This document shows positions 1 through 13,112 of a stretch of DNA of 64,000 bases, piece by piece. Source of the DNA: Octopus sinensis (lineage: Eukaryota); NCBI RefSeq assembly GCF_006345805.1, contig NC_043026.1, positions 10,292,001 to 10,356,000 on the forward strand, given 5' to 3'. The translations under genes were made by a program, and so were the position numbers. Within the stretch, counting starts at the first letter, position 1, and every line of letters starts with the position of its first letter. Under the pieces are notes generated by a model. That model did no database searches and was not told where the DNA came from. It saw nothing but the letters and a program-made list of their open reading frames with translations.

Positions 1-109
1 AAAAAAGTAAATGATTCATTTCTATAGAGATAATCTGAAGAGATAAACATTTGTCTTAACTGAGCTGGATGCTGACAGCACCATAAAGAAGTGCTAACCT
101 CTAAAAGCA

Positions 110-500
110 GATGGAACATGTGGGTCACCCAGAAAGACAGGCTATGAAGTGCTGAAGAACTTTTCAGGTGAGATGACAAAGGACCAACATTCCTGGGGCC
201 TTGTTGTACTCAAGAAGATCCACACTTCATAACAGATGTGTTAAGACTCATCCCTCTTCTAGTTAAAAGCACTTACGGCCATTCCTCATAAAAGTAGCCA
301 TGCAATGCCATGTAAAAATGCTGATACATTCAAATGTCCATGTGGTGCCACAGAAAAGCACCCTATGGCACAATATAGAGTGGTTGGCACTTGGAAAGGC
401 ATCCAGTAGAAACCATGACGATTCAGACTGAAGGCTGCTACAGCTCCCCATCCAACCATGCCAGCATGGACAATGGATAATGAAAAGACGATGATCAAAT
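110..500 (+). mobile_element. Degenerate RTE-LINE 3' end plus RTE-type tail in the inferred ZNF intron (also ~8130, ~13700, ~20045, ~26445, ~35110, ~42520, ~55210)
   Basis: Best-preserved copy (35110-35230) translates DGTCGSVTLRKTWDEGLK..EMTKERDPWR, matching the GTCGRGRPRKTWDEV motif of RTE remnants elsewhere in the window; followed by GGCATCCAG..CCAACCCATG..GATGATG tail. Confidence 0.65.
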
Positions 501-789
501 GAACATCCTAATTTATCAAAATTTACTCCACAGAATCTTGTGTGAAGCTGACATATTTGTAAACTACACTGACCCCTCCACATTGTGTAACAGTTTGAAA
601 AGAAAACCACAGAATAGGGGACACTAACATTAGTCCTTCTGTAGAAATAGAACTTGATACTGTTCTTTAGATCCAGGTCACTTCTGACAGAGCAGACATG
701 TGTTTAATGACATTCCATCCATGACAATCCTGTCTGTTTGTATCGTGTTGTATATCTATGACTACATCATCCCCTCAAACCTTTTCTAA

Positions 790-1225
790 ACCTTTTTTAT
801 ACACCCCTTCCCCTTTCGGCTAAGGGGAATGCGAATCAGCAAAAATTGACATTTCTAAATTACACCGACTCCTCCCCCATTTCCTTGATTTTAAACTTTT
901 TTCTCCTTAAAATATGCGGGAAAATACGGAGATTATGACTAGGAAAAAAAATTCCAGAAATCTTTGTAAAATGTTTTTTTAAAGAATTTTTTTCTTTTCT
1001 AAAAATGCGGAAAAATACGGAGACATCAGGATACGGACAAAAATTTCAAAGCATCTCTGTACTTACGGTTAGGGTTTTAGGGTTAGTGTTACGGAAAAAA
1101 GTCAAAATTGAAGAAGTTAGTCGGGGAATTTTCACAATGCCGATTTTTTGCAACTTTCCGGAATCTCCGTATTCGAAAACGGGGATTTTTTAGGGAAAAA
1201 AAAAATTTAATAAACAAATTTGGGA
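790..1225. repeat. Unclassified AT-rich interspersed repeat (fuller copy at ~27990-28775; also in U1-U3)
   Basis: Recurs in every unit. Has inverted AAATACGGAGATT/AATCTCCGTATT motifs similar to sub-terminal motifs of the 1234-3217 element; probably an old DNA-transposon remnant. Confidence 0.35.
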
Positions 1226-1233
1226 GAAAATAG

Positions 1234-3217
1234 GGTTAATATAGGGCGTAACAAATATCAGAAAATCAAAAAAAAAATGTGTGTAATAGGTGTAAAACAA
1301 CTTCCTATGAACGAATATGAAAAAAAAAATTCGCGCACGCGAAAGGGGGGGTGGGGGAGAATCCTCGGAAAATTCACATCGGGAAGTTCCGAACGCGTCT
1401 GAGGAGCTGACCCGGGCACCAAAACAAAAAAAAATAGTGTAATATGTGTAAAACAACTTGCTCTAAACGAATATGACAAAAAAAAAATGCGCTCTCGAGA
1501 AAGAGGGTTGGGGGAGAGGCCTCGGAATATTTATATCGGGAATTTCCGAAAGCGTCTGAACCGGGCACAAAAACGAAAACAAAAACAGCGTAATAGGTGT
1601 AAAACAACTTGCTCTAAACGACTATCATGAAAAAAATGCGCGCTCGCGAAAGGGGGGTGGGGGAGAGGCTTCGGAAATTTCACATCTTCAGTCCACGGCC
1701 TTTAAACTAAGAAAAAATAGTGTAATTGGTGTAAAACTACTTGTTCTAAACGAGTATCAAGAACACACACTCACACATGAATCATAAACTCCGTATTTCG
1801 CAAAAAAAAAATAATAAAGAGAAGAAATTCTGGAAAAAGTGAAGAAATGTTGGATCTCCGCCATGTGAATCAAAATACGTGTCAGAAACATCTTGAAATA
1901 CTACAGAAATTACGTTACGAAAATGATAATGTATACATACCTCTTTGAGTGGTCTATCGATAATGATGATAAAGAAATGAGTTAGATTTGAACTCAGAAT
2001 ATTGACTAACACAACTACATACTACAAGACTCAAAATATTCAGCCAAGTCACCACCCTTTAACTAGCAATAATAATAACATCAATAACATAACAGCCAAA
2101 AGATTTATTTGTTCTGAAAATAACAATCATAGTAAATAAATATGTTCTTTAATATTCACATTCATGTGCACAGTTAAACACACTTACATACAAACAGTCA
2201 CGCATGCATAATACAGAACGGAACACATAAATGAAGGATGCATTACTTAGTATATATTACATCTAGAGAATTTTGATTAATAAGTCAAATATGCAAATTA
2301 TAAAGATAATTAATTGCTTTACTAAACAGTGTTGTAAAGGTGAAAAATAAATTTGGGAAAAAACTACACGCCAAAACTAATTAATAAAGGATAATTAGGG
2401 AAGGATTGACACAAAATAATAATTTTTTCTGTCTCTTTTTTTCTGATAAATGCATCTTAATAAGTGAGAAGAATTGCATATATCTGAACTATTTCAAAGA
2501 AAAGCATAAATTTAATGTTTAAAATAGCTTTAACCAAGGAATGAGATCCAACATTTCTTCCCTTTTTCCAGAACTTCTTCTCTTTATTATTTTTTTTTTT
2601 GCGAAATACGGAGTTTATGATTCATGTGTGAGTGTGTGTTCTTGATACTCGTTTAGAACAAGTAGTTTTACACCAATTAAACTATTTTTTCTTAGTTTAA
2701 AGGCCGTGGACTGAAGATGTGAAATTTCCAAAGCCTCTCCCCCACCCCCCTTTCGCGAGCGCGCATTTTTTTCATGATAGTCGTTTAGAGCAAGTTGTTT
2801 TACACCTATTACGCTGTTTTTGTTTTCGTTTTTGTGCCCGGTTCAGACGCTTTCGGAAATTCCCGATGTGAATTTTCCGATGCCTCTCCCCCAACCCCCT
2901 TTCGTGTGCGGTGAGCTTGGCAGAAACGTTAGCGCGCCGGGCGAAATGCGTAGCCGTATTTCGTCTGTCGTTACGTTCCGAGTTCAAATTCCGCCGAGGT
3001 CGACTTTGCCTTTCATCCTTTCGGGGTCGATAAATTAAGTACCAGTTACGCACTGAGGTCGATGTAATCGACTTAATCCCTTTGTCTGTCCTTATTTGTC
3101 CCCTCTATGTTTAGCCCCTTTTTTTTTTTTCATATTCGTTCATAGGAAGCTGTTTTACACCTATTACACACATTTTTTTTTTTGATTTTCTGATATTTGT
3201 TACGCCCTATATTAACC
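1234..3217. mobile_element. Non-autonomous foldback DNA transposon, Merlin-like
   Basis: TIRs start GGTTAATATAGGGCGTAACAAATATCAG and extend ~625 bp (1234-1858 vs 2543-3217) with internal tandem subrepeats. 8-bp TSD GAAAATAG at 1226-1233 and 3218-3225. Empty single-copy site in the other units (~8577, ~14825, ~21173, ~28775). Confidence 0.9.
2908..3120 (+). mobile_element. tRNA-derived SINE family B, 3'-truncated, nested in the right TIR
   Basis: GCGGTGAGCTTGGCAG head, B-box-like GAGTTCAAATTCC, body GCCTTTCATCCTTTCGGGGTCGATAAATTAAGTACCAG shared with several other copies in the window. Confidence 0.85.
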
Positions 3218-3225
3218 GAAAATAG

Positions 3226-3800
3226 GGGTGGGCTTTGGTGGAAGTCTTTTATTAATTTATTTTATTTCGCTTCCAAGTAATGTTGTAAACATTAAGCAAA
3301 TAAGGTTTTGGCTTCTAAACATTTCAGTGGTCAGGGTGTCTTTCAGTACATTTCTCAAACTAAAACACGCAACAAACGGGGCAACGATGGAGAGTGCAGA
3401 CGGTAGCTTCCAAAGCTAGAAATAGCAGCTAAATCACACACGTAGCTAGAAATAACAGCCAAATCTCGCACAAACGAAGGACATCTCTCATTCATAAAAC
3501 ATAGAAGAGAAACAAAGAAATGAGGCGCCAAAAACCGAAACGTCTACAGAATTAAAAACATTGAATATTTTCATTGTTTAATACTTACGGAACTGTTTCA
3601 TAAAGGACAGTGTTGTTATGTATGTGTGTGTCTGGTAGTTGAGGAATACATTAGAACTATTATAAATGTATTATTAGCTGATTAAGAGAAATCCACGCAC
3701 CTGCACATTTAACCAGATATCAACGTCAAGCAGGAAGGACGTTTAAACGCGCATGTGTCGGTAGAAAATAGCGAAGGGAGCTAAGTCTCCTTAAATCAAT
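3226..3800 (-). promoter_or_regulatory. Putative ZNF promoter/first-exon module E (U0); equivalents at 8575-9150, 14830-15410, 21178-21755, 28780-29360
   Basis: On - strand: CACATGCGCG (3757-3748), TTTATAAT, then ATGAAACAGTTCC|GTAAGT donor (3588-3583). Donors of the other copies at 8938, 15194, 21542, 29144. Same orientation as the adjacent ZNF exon. Confidence 0.6.
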
Positions 3801-3814
3801 TGGGTTTAATATCT

Positions 3815-4274
3815 TGTTTATTTCTTTATTATTATTTTATCCAGTTTCAGCACACGAGCTGTGGCCAGGCTGGGGCACCGCCATTTGGTGTTGCTACATG
3901 ATTTTACTTGACGAATGCTTTTTAGCACCTGCCATTTGGTGCATGAGAGAGTTCGATGCAGCTGCCCTTATTTGCACCTCCTGCCGTGAAGTTGGTTCAT
4001 CTGGGACACCTGACAGGAAGAGACCCAGTTTTATTTTAAAGATATCTGCATCCACCCCATGCAGGTCTCTCAGGTTCTTCGGGAGGATATTGAAGAGATG
4101 TGGGCCCCTGAAGCCCAAGCTATCACAGAATCTTTTCCTACATCTTGATGGCAAATTTGGAGTCCTTGGCACCACGCAGTGGCACACAGTTCTGGCATTT
4201 GTGTAACTCTCGATGCCAAAGTCTGGGACAAGTCCTTCTAGGATCTTCCGGGTGTATATTATTGCATATCTCTC
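3815..4274 (-). mobile_element. CR1-clade LINE 3' fragment (copies 9165-9625, 15420-15879, 21768-22227)
   Basis: Translates ERYAIIYTRKILEGLVP..SLGFRGPHLFNILP..LFLSGVPDEPT (RT C-terminal region), with (AAT)n-like tail at the left end. Confidence 0.85.
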
Positions 4275-4605
4275 GTCGATAGCTGGAAATAGTAGCTAAA
4301 TCTTGCACAAATTATAGACATCTCTCATCGATTGCTAGAAATAGCAGCCAAATCACGCAAAATTCAAGGAAATCATTCGTTCATAAAACACAGAGGAGAA
4401 ACAAAGAATCGATGCGCCAAAAAACCGAAAGTCTACAGAATTAAAAGCATGGAAGATCTTCATTGTGTAATACTTAGGGAAATGTTTCATAAGGGATAGT
4501 GTTGGTATATGTGTGTGTGTATCTGGTAGCTGAGGAATGCGTTAGAGTTATTATAAATGAATTATCAGCTGATTAAAAGGAATTCGTTCACAGGACATTT
4601 AAGCC
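4275..4605 (-). promoter_or_regulatory. Second, truncated copy of module E (E'); copies 9626-9958, 15880-16212, 22228-22560
   Basis: Homologous to E. Donor mutated to CTAAGT in U1/U2 (4477, 9829), intact GTAAGT in U3/U4 (16082, 22430). Upstream GCGCATG part is replaced by an LTR-like sequence. Confidence 0.5.
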
Positions 4606-4608
4606 ATG

Positions 4609-5115
4609 TGTAACAAGAAAATTTGTAGGATAGATGTCCCTACATCACGTGTGAGAAAAAGGGCAGGGAACTGGGGAAGACGATTAAAAATGTAAATAAA
4701 TACCTGTCGCACAGGCTCCAACAGGCAGCCCCAGCAAGTTGTTAAGGTGAGACAGTGTCACACGACAACTTGCTGGGGGTGCCTGCTGGAGCCTTTGCGG
4801 CCGGTATTTAAAGAGAAGAATTTGATGAGACACTCAGTCACCGGCTGACACTCGCTGACGATACATCGAAGAGGCCTGGGAACAGAAGAAAGAAGGCATG
4901 CACCCAACACCAGAGCTGAAGACACCTCCGAAAGGGGGGGCCCCGTCACGTCAAGACAGTAGAAGAGTAGGGGCCGAAACCGGGCGTGGTTCCTCCTGAT
5001 GATGTCTTCAGATAACTGGATCCTATAAAGGATCTGTTGTGGTAGCAGACCACGAAACACAGTTGTAATTCCTCAAATAATATAATTGCAGATTCACGAA
5101 ATAAATTAAATAACA
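4609..5115 (+). mobile_element. Candidate solo LTR (copies 9961-10467, 16214-16720, 22562-23068)
   Basis: Starts TGTAAC, ends AATAAATTAAATAACA, internal TATTTAAA followed ~25 nt later by TCAGTC. No TSD found. Confidence 0.4.
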
Positions 5116-5169
5116 AAACAAGATATTATTAAAGAATTATTTAACGAGAACTTTAGTCTTGAAACATTT

Positions 5170-5588
5170 TCACGATGATACTCCTACACACATCATTGGT
5201 CATAACTTCCTGGACAACTTTATAAATTATACGGTGTGGGTCTTCACAGTCACGGCATATCTCCAGAGGCCTGTGTCTCTTATCATTGCCTCTGTGAAGC
5301 CCACCATTTGAAGTCGTGCCTAACCACCTCATCTTATGTCTTCCTGGGTCTCCCTCTTCCGCAAGTTCCTTCCATTGTTAGGGAGTGACACTTCTTCACA
5401 AAGCTCTCCTCATCCATATGCAGCACAGGAACATACAAACACAGTCGTCTCTCTTGCACACATCTGATGCTTCTTATATCCAACATTTCTCTAAGGGCAC
5501 TTATACTCTGTCGTGCATGGACACTGACATTACACATCCAGCAGATCATACTAGCTTCATTTCTTTCAAGCCTACATATGTCCTCAAC
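5170..5588 (-). mobile_element. RTE-clade LINE RT C-terminal fragment (internally deleted in U1)
   Basis: ASMICWMCNVSV..IRCVQERRL..VKKCHSLTMEGTCGRGRPRKT. Confidence 0.85.
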
Positions 5589-6288
5589 CGTAGCCTATAC
5601 CAGTGTTGCATAACCAGCCCATTTCAGAAGTACCTTTGAATCGTTGGGTGACACACTGTGCTTAAGGGGACCTACTGAGTCAAGTAAAATCAAAAATGGA
5701 AACTGTAGTTGTGGCCGATGCCAGCGCCACCTGACTGGCCCCCTGTGCCAGTGGAATGTAAAAAGCATCATCAAAAAGTAACATTTTTCTTTTACGGCAA
5801 AGCATGCCCCTTATTCAATCAAATTACAAAGGTTACCCTGATTACTACCCATGACATGCAAAATGTCTTATTTATTTGTAGATTAAGGAGCCATAATTCG
5901 CCCCTGCCCCTCAATTCCAGTGTTAAAACTACATATAGTACAGCTGTAGTACATGTGCTGTGTACACTCCTATAACAACGTTTTCTTTACATGCTAAAGA
6001 TACAAGTAATTCTGCCTCCAACTCAGTCGCATGCCTGTGTTTCACTATGCAAACGTCACCGATGCCCTACCCTGGGTAATTACTGATGGCACATGCCTGA
6101 TGTGTAGGGTTGTCAGGAGGAGGGGTTTTGGTACGTTACGGAAAGGAATCTGTAAAAGCAGTTGTGGAAGAAGGAGAGGCGAAAAATACAAAAGAAAACA
6201 AAGAATATAAAAATTTATGAAATATTTTTACTCATATTTTCCATTACATGAAACACAAGAATATTAAAAATATATAGCGAACAAGGAA

Positions 6289-7505
<1,217 letters not shown>

Positions 7506-10500
7506 AATTAGTTTACTTTCTTTTAAAAAAAGACATCTATAAAGATATCACAGTCACATGATCTAATCACTTCTCTCATGTGTTCAGAAGAAATGAATCA
7601 TACAATTTTTTCTCTCTTCCAATATTTTGCCTCTCAAATCCCAGCTTATATTTTTCTTCTTTTTCTTTTTATACTTTATTTCTTGCAAACAGTTCTTCTG
7701 CTGTATTTATGTCCAGTGTTACTTATGTTTAGCAACACTTCAATTAATTTATCCAACTTCAATCAGCACACAGGCTTCTCTTCTTCACACTCCAGTTGGT
7801 GATGTCCAGAAATTTGGCTAATAACATTTCTTCAGAACAAATGTTTCACAGGAATTCTTCTACAGTTTTGTAAAAGCAATCTGATACATCTGTTTCATAG
7901 AATATTTTCTTTTAGTCTTTAAAACAGGATAGAGTTGAGGGTTCGTCTTCCGTTACACCACTGTCATCTGATGCTCTGAAATTAAAGACAAAGAACAGTG
8001 TCAGATGTAGAGGCTATTTAAAAAAATAAATGATTCATTTCTATAGAGATAATCTGAAGAGATAAACATTTGCCTTAACTGAGCTGGATGCTGACAGCAC
8101 CATAAAGAAGTGCTAACCTCTAAAAGCAGATGGAACATGTGGGTCACCCAGAAAGACAGGCTATGAAGTGCTGAAGAACTTTTCAGGTGAGATGACAAAG
8201 GACCAACATTCCTGGGGCCTTGTTCTACTCAAGAAGATCCACACTTCATAACAGATTTGTTAAGACTCATCCCACTTCTACTTAAAAGCACTTGCGGCCA
8301 TTCCTCATAAAAGTAGCCATGCAATGCCATGTAAAAACGCTGCTACATTCAAATGTCCATGTGGTGCCACATAAAAGCACCCTATGGCACAATATAGCGT
8401 GGTTGGCACTTGGAAAGGCATCCAGTAGAAACCGTGACAATTCAGACTGAAGAAGTTAGTCGGGGAATTTTCACAATGCCGATTTTTGAAATTTTCCGGA
8501 ATCTCCGTATCCGAAAACGGGGATTTTTGGCAAAAAAAAAATTAATTTTCAATAAACAAATTTGGGAGAAAATAGGGGTGGGCATTGTTGGAAGTCTTTT
8601 ATTAATATATTTTATTTCGTTTCCAAGTAGTGTTGTAAACATTAACCAAATAAGGTTTTGGCTTCTAAACATTTCAGTGGTCAGGGTGTCTTTCAGTACA
8701 TTTCTCAAACTAAAACACGCAACAAACGGGGCAACGATGGAGAGTGCAGACGGTAGCTTCCAAAGCTAGAAATAGCAGCTAAATCACACACGTAGCTAGA
8801 AATAACAGCCAAATCTCGCACAAACGAAGGACATCTCTCATTCATAAAACATAGAAGAGAAACAAAGAATTGACGCGCCAAAAACCGAAACGTCTACAGA
8901 ATTAAAAACATTGAATATTTTCATTGTTTAATACTTACGGAACTGTTTCATAAAGGACAGTGTTGTTATGTATGTGTGTGTCTGGTAGTTGAGGAATACA
9001 TTAGAACTATTATAAATGTATTATTAGCTGATTAAGAGAAATTCACGCACCTGTACATTTAACCAGATATCAACGTCAAGCAGGAAGGACGTTTAAACGC
9101 GCATGTGTCGGTAGAAAATAGCGAAGGGAGCTAAGTCTCCTTAAATCAATTGGGTTTAATATCTTGTTTATTTATTTATTATTATTTAATCCAGTTTCAG
9201 CTCACGAGCTGTGGCCATGCTGGGGCACCGCCATTTGGTGTTGCTACAGGATTTTACTTCACGAATGCTTTTTAGCACCTGCCATTTGGTGCATGAGAGA
9301 GTTCGATGCAGCTGCCCTTATTTGCACCTCCTGCCGTGAAGTTGGTTCATCTGGGATACCTGACAGGAAGAGACCCAGTTTTATTTTAAAGATATCTGCA
9401 TCCACCCCATGCAGGTCTCTCAGGTTCTTCAGGAGGATATTGAAGAGATGTGGGCCTCTGAAGCCCAGGCTATCACAGTATCTTGTCCTACATCTTGATG
9501 GCAAATTTGGAGTCCTTGGCACCACGCAGTGGCACACAGTTCTGGCATTTGTGTAACTCTCGATGCCAAAGTCTGGGACAAGTCCTTCTAGGATCTTCCG
9601 GGTGTATATTATTGCATACTCTCTCGTCGATAGCTGGAAATAGTAGCTAAATCTTGCACAAATTATAGACATCTCTCATCGATTGCTAGAAATAGCAGCC
9701 AAATCACGCAAAATTCAAGGAAATCATTCGTTCATAAAACACAGAGGAGAAACAAAGAATCGATGCGCCACAAAAACCGAAAGTCTACAGAATTAAAAGC
9801 ATGGAAGATCTTCGTTGTTTAATACTTAGGGAAATGTTTCATAAGGGATAGTGTTGTTATATGTGTGTGTGTATCTGGTAGCTGAGGAATGCGTTAGAGT
9901 TATTATAAATGAATTATCAGCTGATTAAAAGGAATTCGTTCACAGGACATTTAAGCCATGTGTAACATGAAAATTTGTAGGATAGATGTCCCTACATCAT
10001 GTGTGAGAAAAAGGGCAGGGAACTGGGGAAGGGGATTAAAAATGTAAATAAATACCTGTTGCACAGCCGCCAGCAGGCAGCCCCAGCAAGTTGTTAAGGT
10101 GAGACAGTGTCACACGACAACTTGCTGGGGGTGCCTGCTGGAGCCTTTGCGGCAGGTATTTAAAGAGAAAAATTTGATGAGACGGTCAGTCACCGGCTGA
10201 CACTCGCTGACGATACATCGAAGAAGCCAGGGAAGAGAAGGAAGAAGACATGCACCCAACACCAGAGCTGAAGACACCTCCGAAAGTGGGGGACCCGTCA
10301 CGTCAAGACAGTAGAGGAGTAGGGGCCGAAACCGGGCGTGGTTCCTCCTGATGATGTCTTTAGCTAACTGGAACCTATAAAGGATCTGTTATGGTAGCAA
10401 ACCACGAAACACGGTTGTAATTCCTCAAATAATATAATTGCAGGTTCACGAAATAAATTAAATAACAAAACAAGATATTATTAAAGAATTATTTAACGAG

Positions 10501-10519
10501 AACTTTAGTCTTGAAACAT

Positions 10520-11175
10520 TTTCACGATGATACTCCTACACACATCATTGGTCATAACTTCCTGGACAACCTTATAAATTATACGGTGTGGGTCTTCACA
10601 GTTACGGCATATCTCCAGAGGCCTGTGTCTCTTGTCGTTGCCTCTGTGAAGCCCACCATTTGAAGTCGTGCCTAACCACCTCATCTTATGTCTTCCTGGG
10701 TCTCCCTCTTCCGCAAGTTCCTTCCACTGTTAGGGAGTGACACTAATTCACAAAGCTCTCCTCATCCATATGCAGCACATGAACATATAAACACAGTTGT
10801 CTCTCTTGCACACCACATCTGACGCTTCTTATATCCAACATTTCTCTAAGGGCACTTATACTCTGTCGTGCATGGACACTGACATTACACATCCAGCAGA
10901 TCATACTAGCTTCATTTCTTTCAAGCCTACATATGTCCTCAACAGTCATGGCCCATGTTACTCTGCCGTGTAGCATGGCAGTACACACACATGCATCATA
11001 CAGTCTATATTTCACTCTGAAAGAGTGGTCCTTTGACACCAGTAGCGGCCGGAAATTTCTGAAATTTGCACAGGCTATTCTTATTCTAGTGACAACGGTC
11101 TCCGAGCATCCACACCAACTACAGACATAGTCACATAGGTAACAGAAGTTATCAACTATTTCTAGTTTCTCCCTC
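10520..11175 (-). mobile_element. RTE-clade LINE RT fragment (copies ~16770-17420, ~23120-23780)
   Basis: FRVKYRLYDACVCTAMLHG..TWAMTVEDICRLERNEASMICWMCNVSV..GTCGRGRPRKT. Confidence 0.85.
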
Positions 11176-11948
11176 TAGCATGTGATGGAATCTGTTTGCT
11201 GAGCATCTTCGGTGTTTATTGCTCCTGTGCATCTGCCACACAAAAAAGCTGTCAGCCGTAGCCTATACCAGTGTTGCATAACCAGCCCATTTCAGAAGTA
11301 CCTTTGAATCGTTGGGTGACACACTGTGCTTAAGGGGACCTACTATGTCAAGTAAAATCAAAAATGGAAACTGTAGTTGTGGCCGATGCCAGCGACACCT
11401 GACTGGCCCCCTGTGCCAGTGGAATGTAAAAAGCATCATCAAAAAGTAACATTTTTCTTTTACGGCAAAGCATGCCCCTAATTCAATCAAATTACAAAGG
11501 TTACCCTGATTACTACCCATGACATGCAAAATGTCTTATTTTTTTGTAGATTAAGGAGCCATAATTCGCCCCTGCCCCTCAATTACAGTGTTAAAACTAC
11601 ATATAGTACAGCTGTAGTACATGTGCTGTGTACACTCCTATAACAACGTTTTCTTTACATGCTAAAGATACAAGTAATTCTGCCTCCAACTCAGTCGCAT
11701 GCCTGTGTTTCACTATGCAAACGTCACCGATGCCCTACCCTGGGTAATTACTGATGGCACATGCCTGATGTGTAGGGTTGTCAGGAGGAGGGGTTTTGGT
11801 ACATTATGGAAGGAATCTGTAAAAGCAGTTGTGGAAGGAGAGGCGAAAAAAAAAAAAAAAAAAGGAAATATAAAATTTTTGAAATATTTTTACTCATATT
11901 TCCATTACATGAAACACAAGAATATTAAAATATATAGCGAACAAGGAA

Positions 11949-13112
11949 CTACCCTTTTCCTGTCTTCCCTGTATGAATATGTCTGTGTCTTGTTAAGATA
12001 GAATTTTGAGAAAATGCTTTACCACAGATATCACAGTGATATGGTTTCTCTCCTGTATGAATACGTTTGTGTTTCATTAAGTTTCTATTGTTAGAGAATG
12101 ATTTACCACAGACATCACAATGATATGGTTTCTCTCCTGTATGAATCAGTTTGTGATTCATTAAGTTTCTATTGTCAGAGAATGATTTACCACAGATATT
12201 GCAGTGAAATGGTTTCTCCCCTGTATGAACACGTTTGTGTATAGTTAAATAATCATTTTTAGAGAATGATTTACCACAGATTTCACAATGATATGGTTTC
12301 TCTCCTGTATGAATACGTTTATGTGCAGTTAAGACACAATTATAAGAGAATGATTTACCACAGATATCGCAGTGAAATGGTTTCTCTCCTGTGTGAATAC
12401 GTTTGTGTATAGTTAAATTAGAGTTTTTAGAGAATGATTTACCACAGATTTCACAATGATATGGTTTCTCTCCTGTATGAATACGTTTGTGATTCATTAA
12501 GTTTCTATCGTCAGAGAATGATTTACCACAGATTTCACAATGATGTGGTTTCTCTCCTGTATGAAAACGTTTGTGTCTAGTTAAGACATTATTATGAGAG
12601 AATGATTTACCACAAATATCACAATGATATGGTTTCTCTCCAGTGTGAATACGTCTATGTGCAGTTAAGACACAATTATAAGAGAATGATTTACCACAGA
12701 TATCACAGTGATATGGTTTCTCACCTGTATGAATACGTTTGTGGGAAGTTAAGATTCTATTTTCAGAGAATGATTTACCACAGATGTCACAGTGATATGG
12801 TTTCTCACCTGTATGAGTACGTCTGTGTATAGTTACATGACTAATGTTAGTAAATGATTTACCACAGATATCACAATTATATGGTTTCTCTCCTGTATGA
12901 GTACGTTTGTGAGCAGTAACATCACCACTCTGAGAGAATGATTTACCACAGATATCACATGGATATAATTTCTCTCCAGTGTGAATACGTTTGTGTCTAG
13001 ATAAGTAACTACTGTGAGAGAAGGAATTACCACAGACGTCAAAATGATAGGGTTTCTCCCCTGTATGAATACGTTTGTGCATAATTAGTTTAATTTCTTT
13101 TAAAAAAGACAT
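11949..13112 (-). CDS. C2H2 ZNF protein U2, 387 aa, 13 fingers (finger 1 has Cys->Phe), no effector domain
   Basis: Uninterrupted ORF of CxxC-x12-HxxxH repeats with TGEKPY linkers; acceptor TTTCAG at 13556-13551. Confidence 0.95.
   Translation of the reverse strand: MSFLKEIKLIMHKRIHTGEKPYHFDVCGNSFSHSSYLSRHKRIHTGEKLYPCDICGKSFSQSGDVTAHKRTHTGEKPYNCDICGKSFTNISHVTIHRRTHTGEKPYHCDICGKSFSENRILTSHKRIHTGEKPYHCDICGKSFSYNCVLTAHRRIHTGEKPYHCDICGKSFSHNNVLTRHKRFHTGEKPHHCEICGKSFSDDRNLMNHKRIHTGEKPYHCEICGKSFSKNSNLTIHKRIHTGEKPFHCDICGKSFSYNCVLTAHKRIHTGEKPYHCEICGKSFSKNDYLTIHKRVHTGEKPFHCNICGKSFSDNRNLMNHKLIHTGEKPYHCDVCGKSFSNNRNLMKHKRIHTGEKPYHCDICGKAFSQNSILTRHRHIHTGKTGKG

Noticed and set aside
263-610. ORFs recurring in each unit (MVFFSNC.., MRKNTETS.., MGFGGSLL.., MCSEEMNH.., MSSHLKSS..)
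   Set aside because: They recur only because the DNA is duplicated; they overlap repeats or antisense leaders and are broken by indels in some units.
1065-1090. Interstitial telomeric repeat (TTAGGG; also ~30730-30890, ~56955)
   Set aside because: Only 2-3 imperfect units, internal to dispersed repeats.
4850-5010. Hammerhead ribozyme-like words (CTGACGA, CTGAAGA..GAAA, GAAAC..CTGATGA); also sought in the 185-bp SINE array
   Set aside because: Stems I/II cannot be formed around the motifs, and the SINE monomer lacks the CUGANGA core.
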